Assembly: GCA_000091165.1 (NCBI GenBank) | Contig: FP565575.1 | Location: 1,830,001 to 1,862,000, forward strand | Length of the DNA: 32,000 nt | From: Candidatus Methylomirabilis oxygeniifera | GTDB lineage: Bacteria > Methylomirabilota > Methylomirabilia > Methylomirabilales > Methylomirabilaceae | Direction: 5' to 3' | Part shown: one piece after another, positions 27,754 through 32,000 of the stretch | Layout: every line of letters starts with the position of its first letter | How positions within the stretch are numbered: the first letter of the stretch is position 1 | The notes under the pieces: generated by a model | The model's input: only the letters and a program-made list of their open reading frames with translations | What the model was told of the DNA's origin: nothing | Databases searched by the model: none | Position numbers and translations under genes: made by a program

Positions 27754-29216
27754 CATTGTCGCTTCCCACCTCCATGCGCGGGACCTCGCGCATCGATCCT
27801 CATTTTCTCATCGAGGAAGTCCCGAATCCGCCGGCTCTCACAGATCTGTTTGGTCTGGTCGCCGCCGAGCCCGGTTTCAGCCTATTGGACGCTGATCCCT
27901 GGGCTGTGAATCACTGGCGGTCTCCATGCTTCGGTTACGATCCTTTCCTTACCTTCTCGGCAAAAGGAGATGAGATCACCATCTCGCTCCAAGGCGAGTC
28001 GCGCCGAGTCAGAGGTGATCCGTTCCAACACCTTCAGGCGGCTCTCAGGCAGTATGGTGACGTGACCTCTTCCGGTGACGTGCCGATAGCCGGCGCCATC
28101 GGCTACTTCGGGTATGACCTCCGGCACCACCTCGAAAGACTACCGGCCGTAGCGGTAGACGACCTGAGGCTGCCTGACTGCGTGATCCATTTTTACGACC
28201 GTCTCTTCTGGTTTGAGCCCGCGAACGGCGGGCTGCTCATCACCTCCTCCGGTTTGCCGCTGCCGCCGGGCGTCGCGCGTGAGCGAAGAGCCCTGGAACG
28301 ATTGCAGGAGGGTCGCGATCTGATCGCGCGCGCCAGGCTGACCGGCGGGAGTGGGCCGCCTGAGTTGCCGCATCTCGAGACCCCCCTCGAGAGCAGCATG
28401 TCGAAAGCACAGTACTGCAAGGCGCTGGAGACGGTATTGGAGTACATCGCTGCCGGCGATATCTATCAGGCCAACATCTCACAGCGCTTCGTCACGCAGT
28501 TTTCCGGAGAATCCTGGGCGCTGTATCGACGCCTTCGAAGCCGCTTCCCCGCGCCTTTCGGGGCGTACCTGCACTGTGGCCCCTTCCACGTACTGTCCAA
28601 CTCTCCGGAACGGTTCCTGCTGGTGGAGGGGAATCGGATCTCGACCTGTCCCATTAAGGGAACTCGCCCTCGCGGGATGACCGTGGAGGACGATGCGCGG
28701 ATCATCGGTCACCTTCGTCACGATCCGAAGGAATGCGCCGAACATGTCATGATCGTGGACCTGGAGCGCAACGATCTAGGCAGAATCTGTCAGGTCGGCT
28801 CCGTCCATGTCGAGCAGTTCGAGACGATCGAGACCTACCACACCCTCCACCACATGGTGTCGACCGTGGCGGGCACCCTGGAAGCAGGAACAGACCCGAT
28901 CGACTGTCTGCGAGCGACCTTCCCTGGCGGGTCGATCACCGGGGCTCCGAAGATCCGCGCGATGGAAGTGATCGACGAGGTGGAGCCGACCGCTCGTGGC
29001 CTCTACACCGGGGCGATCGGATTCATCGGGTTTTCTGGAGGGATGGAACTGAACATTGCCATTCGGACAGCCATCGTAACCGGCAGACGGATCTATTTCC
29101 AGACCGGCGGCGGGATCGTGGCCGATTCCTCGCCGGCACGGGAGTACGAGGAGACGCTGCTTAAGGCCGAAACCTTCTTTCGGACACTTGGCGTCGGCGC
29201 CGGTTTTGGGAGGTAA
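27750..29216 (+). CDS. pabB: Aminodeoxychorismate synthase component I (chorismate-binding enzyme, PabB/TrpE family)
   Basis: Motifs are CPIKGTRPRG, ERNDLGRIC, FPGGSITGAPK and ARGLYTGAIG. I assign PabB rather than TrpE from the adjacent class IV aminotransferase (PabC-like), so the subfamily call is inference. Confidence 0.8.
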   Translation: MTLSLPTSMRGTSRIDPHFLIEEVPNPPALTDLFGLVAAEPGFSLLDADPWAVNHWRSPCFGYDPFLTFSAKGDEITISLQGESRRVRGDPFQHLQAALRQYGDVTSSGDVPIAGAIGYFGYDLRHHLERLPAVAVDDLRLPDCVIHFYDRLFWFEPANGGLLITSSGLPLPPGVARERRALERLQEGRDLIARARLTGGSGPPELPHLETPLESSMSKAQYCKALETVLEYIAAGDIYQANISQRFVTQFSGESWALYRRLRSRFPAPFGAYLHCGPFHVLSNSPERFLLVEGNRISTCPIKGTRPRGMTVEDDARIIGHLRHDPKECAEHVMIVDLERNDLGRICQVGSVHVEQFETIETYHTLHHMVSTVAGTLEAGTDPIDCLRATFPGGSITGAPKIRAMEVIDEVEPTARGLYTGAIGFIGFSGGMELNIAIRTAIVTGRRIYFQTGGGIVADSSPAREYEETLLKAETFFRTLGVGAGFGR

Positions 29217-29225
29217 AGGAAGCGA

Positions 29226-30122
29226 ATGGCCGTAGTCTATCTAAATGGACGCTATGTGCAGGCCGAGCGAGCGAAGGTATCGGCATTCGATCGCGGGTTC
29301 TCGTACGGCGATGGCCTCTTCGAAACCATCCGGGCGTATACCGGGTGGATCTTTGGCCTTGAGCGGCACCTGGGGCGCCTCAAGAAAGGCGCTGATCAGA
29401 TCGGGATCCCGTTTGAAGGCGACGTGGACACGTGGCGAAAGGTGATGGGTGAGTTGCTCCGGCGTAATCGTCTTCAGGACGCCGATGCGTCTTTGCGGCT
29501 GACAGTGACGAGAGGTCCGGACGTGATGGGTTCCCTCCTGCCTCCCGACGCGCCCCCTTCACCTACGCTACTATTAGTCGCCAAGCCTTTGGATGCGGGA
29601 ATCGCAGAGCGCCAGCAGGTCGGAATCGGCGCAGTCACGATTCGCTGGGGGAGTCCGTTCAACCCACTCCGGATCAAGTCGCTTGACTATCTCTATAACA
29701 TGCTGGCGATGGCACACGCAAAACATGAAGGCGCCGTGGAGGCATTATTTGTGGGCACCGATGGCTGCGTCATCGAGGGGACCACGAGCAATCTGTTTTC
29801 GATCTCACAAGGGATGCTGGCAACTCCTCCAGAGAGTTCTGGACTCCTACCGGGGATTACCAGGGAAGTGGTCATCGAACTGGCAAAGCGGGAAGGCCTA
29901 ATCGTCCACGAGACCCCGGTGCCTTTCGATGTGCTCTTCTCTGCGGACGAGGCGTTTCTCACCGGCTCCCTCAAGGAGATCACGCCCTTGATTGCGATTG
30001 ACGGCTCCACAATCGGCACCGGCAGCCCCGGTCCAGTCACGCGCCGTCTTCAGCAGTGCTACCGGACAGCCGTTCAAGGGGAGCCGGCGCAAGGCAGGCG
30101 AAGCGTGAAGGACAAGGCGTGA
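29226..30122 (+). CDS. pabC: Class IV aminotransferase, probable 4-amino-4-deoxychorismate lyase
   Basis: Motifs are RGFSYGDGLFET, the lysine region IKSLDYL, EGTTSNLF and LPGITR. SD AAGGAAG precedes the start. The PabC versus IlvE/Dat call rests on its position next to pabB. Confidence 0.7.
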   Translation: MAVVYLNGRYVQAERAKVSAFDRGFSYGDGLFETIRAYTGWIFGLERHLGRLKKGADQIGIPFEGDVDTWRKVMGELLRRNRLQDADASLRLTVTRGPDVMGSLLPPDAPPSPTLLLVAKPLDAGIAERQQVGIGAVTIRWGSPFNPLRIKSLDYLYNMLAMAHAKHEGAVEALFVGTDGCVIEGTTSNLFSISQGMLATPPESSGLLPGITREVVIELAKREGLIVHETPVPFDVLFSADEAFLTGSLKEITPLIAIDGSTIGTGSPGPVTRRLQQCYRTAVQGEPAQGRRSVKDKA

Positions 30123-31066
30123 AAACGGATTTACGCGTCACCGTTGCGGGCATTCGTATGCAGAACCCTGTGATGACCGCCTCCGGGACCTTCGGCTATG
30201 CTCAGGAGTTCGAACCGTTCCTGGACCTCTCTCGTCTGGGCGCCATCGTCGTCAAGACCATCACGCGTGCGCCGCGGGCTGGGAATCCGCCGCCTCGCGT
30301 CGTCGAGACCCCAGCCGGGATGCTCAACGCCATCGGTCTGCAGAATGTCGGCGTGCAGGCGTTCGTCGAGGAGAAACTCCCCTACCTCAGAACGTTGGGT
30401 CCGCCTGTCATTGTGAATATCGCCGGCGAGTCGATCGAGGATTACGTTGAGCTGGCAAAGAGGCTCAGCGATCACGAAGGCATTAGCGGGTTCGAGCTAA
30501 ACATCTCCTGTCCCAACGTGGCCGACGGCCTGATCTTCGGCTGCAATGCGGCGTTGGCTCATCAATTGGTCGCTAAAGTTCGACAGGCCACGCCCCTCCC
30601 CCTTATTCCCAAACTGTCCCCGAACGTCACCGATGCGGTGGAGATTGCGCGGGCGCTGGCGGATGCCGGGGCCGACGCGCTTTCCCTCATTAACACGCTG
30701 ATCGGTATGGCCATCGACGTGCGAACCCGGCGACCGAAGCTCGGCAACGTCACCGGCGGGCTCTCCGGTCCGGCCATCCGGCCTGTTGCGGTCCGAATGG
30801 TATGGGAGGTGGCGCGCGCAGTGAAGCTCCCGCTCATCGGGATGGGCGGGATCATGACGGCCGACGACGCACTGGAGTTCCTGATCGCCGGCGCCACGGC
30901 CGTCGCGGTCGGGACGGCGAACTTTACCTCGCCGAGCAGTACGGAACGAGTCATTGATGGGATCGAAGCGTATCTAATCGACCACAAGGTCAAACGTGTG
31001 ACCGATCTCATCGGCTCCCTGGATCTGACCGGCACCGCCCGCGAGGTCACTGAATGGTCACGTTGA
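30119..31066 (+). CDS. pyrD: Dihydroorotate dehydrogenase (class 1B) catalytic subunit
   Basis: Motifs are GIRMQNPVMTASGTFGY, NAIGLQN, the active-site cysteine ELNISCPN, GGLSGPAIRP and GMGGI. GTG 30119 overlaps the pabC stop (GTGA) and has an AAGGA SD. The ORF is open from 30056. Confidence 0.93.
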   Translation: MKTDLRVTVAGIRMQNPVMTASGTFGYAQEFEPFLDLSRLGAIVVKTITRAPRAGNPPPRVVETPAGMLNAIGLQNVGVQAFVEEKLPYLRTLGPPVIVNIAGESIEDYVELAKRLSDHEGISGFELNISCPNVADGLIFGCNAALAHQLVAKVRQATPLPLIPKLSPNVTDAVEIARALADAGADALSLINTLIGMAIDVRTRRPKLGNVTGGLSGPAIRPVAVRMVWEVARAVKLPLIGMGGIMTADDALEFLIAGATAVAVGTANFTSPSSTERVIDGIEAYLIDHKVKRVTDLIGSLDLTGTAREVTEWSR

Positions 31067-31728
31067 GACCGGCAAAAGGCGATATTCGTACTGCCACCCC
31101 TGCCACCGCGAAAAAGATCCTCACCATTCTTGAGGAGACCTACCCCGATGCGCATGTGACGCTGGACTTCGAGAACCCGTTCCAATTGCTGATCGCCACG
31201 ATCCTGGCGGCCCAGTGTACCGACGAGCGGGTGAATCAGGTCACGAAGGGGCTGTTCGAACGGTATCCGACACCGAAGGCGTTTGCTGAGGCCGATCCGG
31301 TCGAGTTGGAGGAGGCGATCCGATCGACGGGATTTTACCGCAACAAGGCCAGGAGCATCATCGGCTGCTGCAAGAAACTGGTCGAGGAGTTCGGCGGTCA
31401 GGTGCCGCAGACCATGGAGGAGCTCATCACGCTGTCAGGCGTCTGGCGCAAAACCGCCAACATCGTCCTGGGCAATGCCCTGGGCATCACTGCCGGGATC
31501 GCGGTGGACACTCATGTCATACGGGTAGCCAACCGTCTGGGCCTGGCACAAAGCGACAAGCCGGATGAGATCGAGCAACAGCTCTGCCGGATCATCCCTA
31601 AGGAAAAGTGGATCCCCTTGACTCACCTGCTCGTCTTCCACGGTCGGCGCATCTGCATGGCCAGGAAACCAGATTGCCCCCGCTGCCCCGTCCGCCACCT
31701 CTGCCCCTGGCCCGACAAAACTCTCTAA
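31054..31728 (+). CDS. nth: Endonuclease III (DNA glycosylase / AP lyase)
   Basis: FQLLIATILAAQCTD, the HhH segment LSGVWRKTANIVL, DTHVIRVANRLGL, and a C-terminal 4Fe-4S loop CMARKPDCPRCPVRHLC. It overlaps the pyrD end by 13 nt. Confidence 0.93.
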   Translation: MVTLRPAKGDIRTATPATAKKILTILEETYPDAHVTLDFENPFQLLIATILAAQCTDERVNQVTKGLFERYPTPKAFAEADPVELEEAIRSTGFYRNKARSIIGCCKKLVEEFGGQVPQTMEELITLSGVWRKTANIVLGNALGITAGIAVDTHVIRVANRLGLAQSDKPDEIEQQLCRIIPKEKWIPLTHLLVFHGRRICMARKPDCPRCPVRHLCPWPDKTL

Positions 31729-31826
31729 CCTCACGCAATAGCTCGGTTCGTTAGGTTAAGGTATATGCGCTATGATACTGGCAAGCAACATCAGATAGGA
31801 TAAAAGAAGATCGAGGGACTAACTCA

Positions 31827-32000
31827 ATGGTCGGCGAAATCGAAGCGATCCTGGATGCGCTGAATCGGGCCCGCGTGCGCTATCTGGTCGTGGGGGGTGT
31901 GGCAGTAGTACTGCACGGATACCTCCGGACCACGGCTGATCTCGACCTGGTCATCCAACTCGACCGGGACAATCTGCTAAGAGCGATTCGCGCCCTGCAG
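31827..32000 (+). CDS. Hypothetical protein, nucleotidyltransferase-fold-like N-terminus (truncated by window end)
   Basis: SD GAGGGA lies 9 nt before ATG 31827, and the frame is open to the window edge. VRYLVVGGVAVVLHGYLRTTADLDLVI resembles the GG...hG..R.T.DlDl motif of small nucleotidyltransferase-family proteins. Only 58 codons are visible. Confidence 0.45.
   Translation, partial: MVGEIEAILDALNRARVRYLVVGGVAVVLHGYLRTTADLDLVIQLDRDNLLRAIRALQ

Overview
This is a GC-rich (roughly 60% by eye) bacterial chromosomal window that is densely coding and mostly housekeeping. I cannot assign the organism. The gene content (futalosine-type Mqn protein, glycine-rich RRM protein, class 1B PyrK/PyrD) hints at a non-enterobacterial lineage, but that is speculation.

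Gene layout, left to right:
- 1-560: an unassigned, non-coding-looking stretch that ends in an AT-rich tract.
- 568-5631: a convergent pair, a GAF-GAF-PAS hybrid histidine kinase/response regulator and an unusual HemN-like radical-SAM / alpha-beta-hydrolase fusion. They share a perfect 17-bp hairpin.
- 6064-6903: an MqnA/MqnD-family gene.
- 7338-8075: rpsU followed by an RRM RNA-binding protein. Upstream is a near-consensus promoter followed about 50 nt later by an intrinsic terminator.
- 8162-17497: a long minus-strand array of ligA, HlyD/ABC/ABC-2 exporter, TPR protein, M48 peptidase, isoaspartyl peptidase and AI-2E permease.
- 17680-18395: two small ORFs.
- 18575-31728: a roughly 13 kb translationally coupled pyrimidine super-operon, pyrR-pyrB-pyrC-carA-(O-methyltransferase)-carB-pyrK-(pabB-pabC)-pyrD-nth. 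It starts with a recognisable PyrR-binding hairpin and attenuator terminator.
- 31827-32000: a truncated nucleotidyltransferase-like ORF.

I saw no tRNA, rRNA, CRISPR array, transposase or recognisable defence system.

The most unusual thing I can see directly is a set of very short tandem repeats (7-nt and 9-nt units, 3-5 copies) and one G/C-tract palindrome. They sit in frame inside carA, carB and pyrK and at the carB/pyrK and pyrK/pabB junctions. There they appear to add peptide segments and to supply stop and start codons. A related heptamer-armed inverted repeat lies in the 12.1 kb intergenic gap. The radical-SAM/hydrolase fusion, with a CX7CX2C cluster motif, is the most novel-looking single gene.
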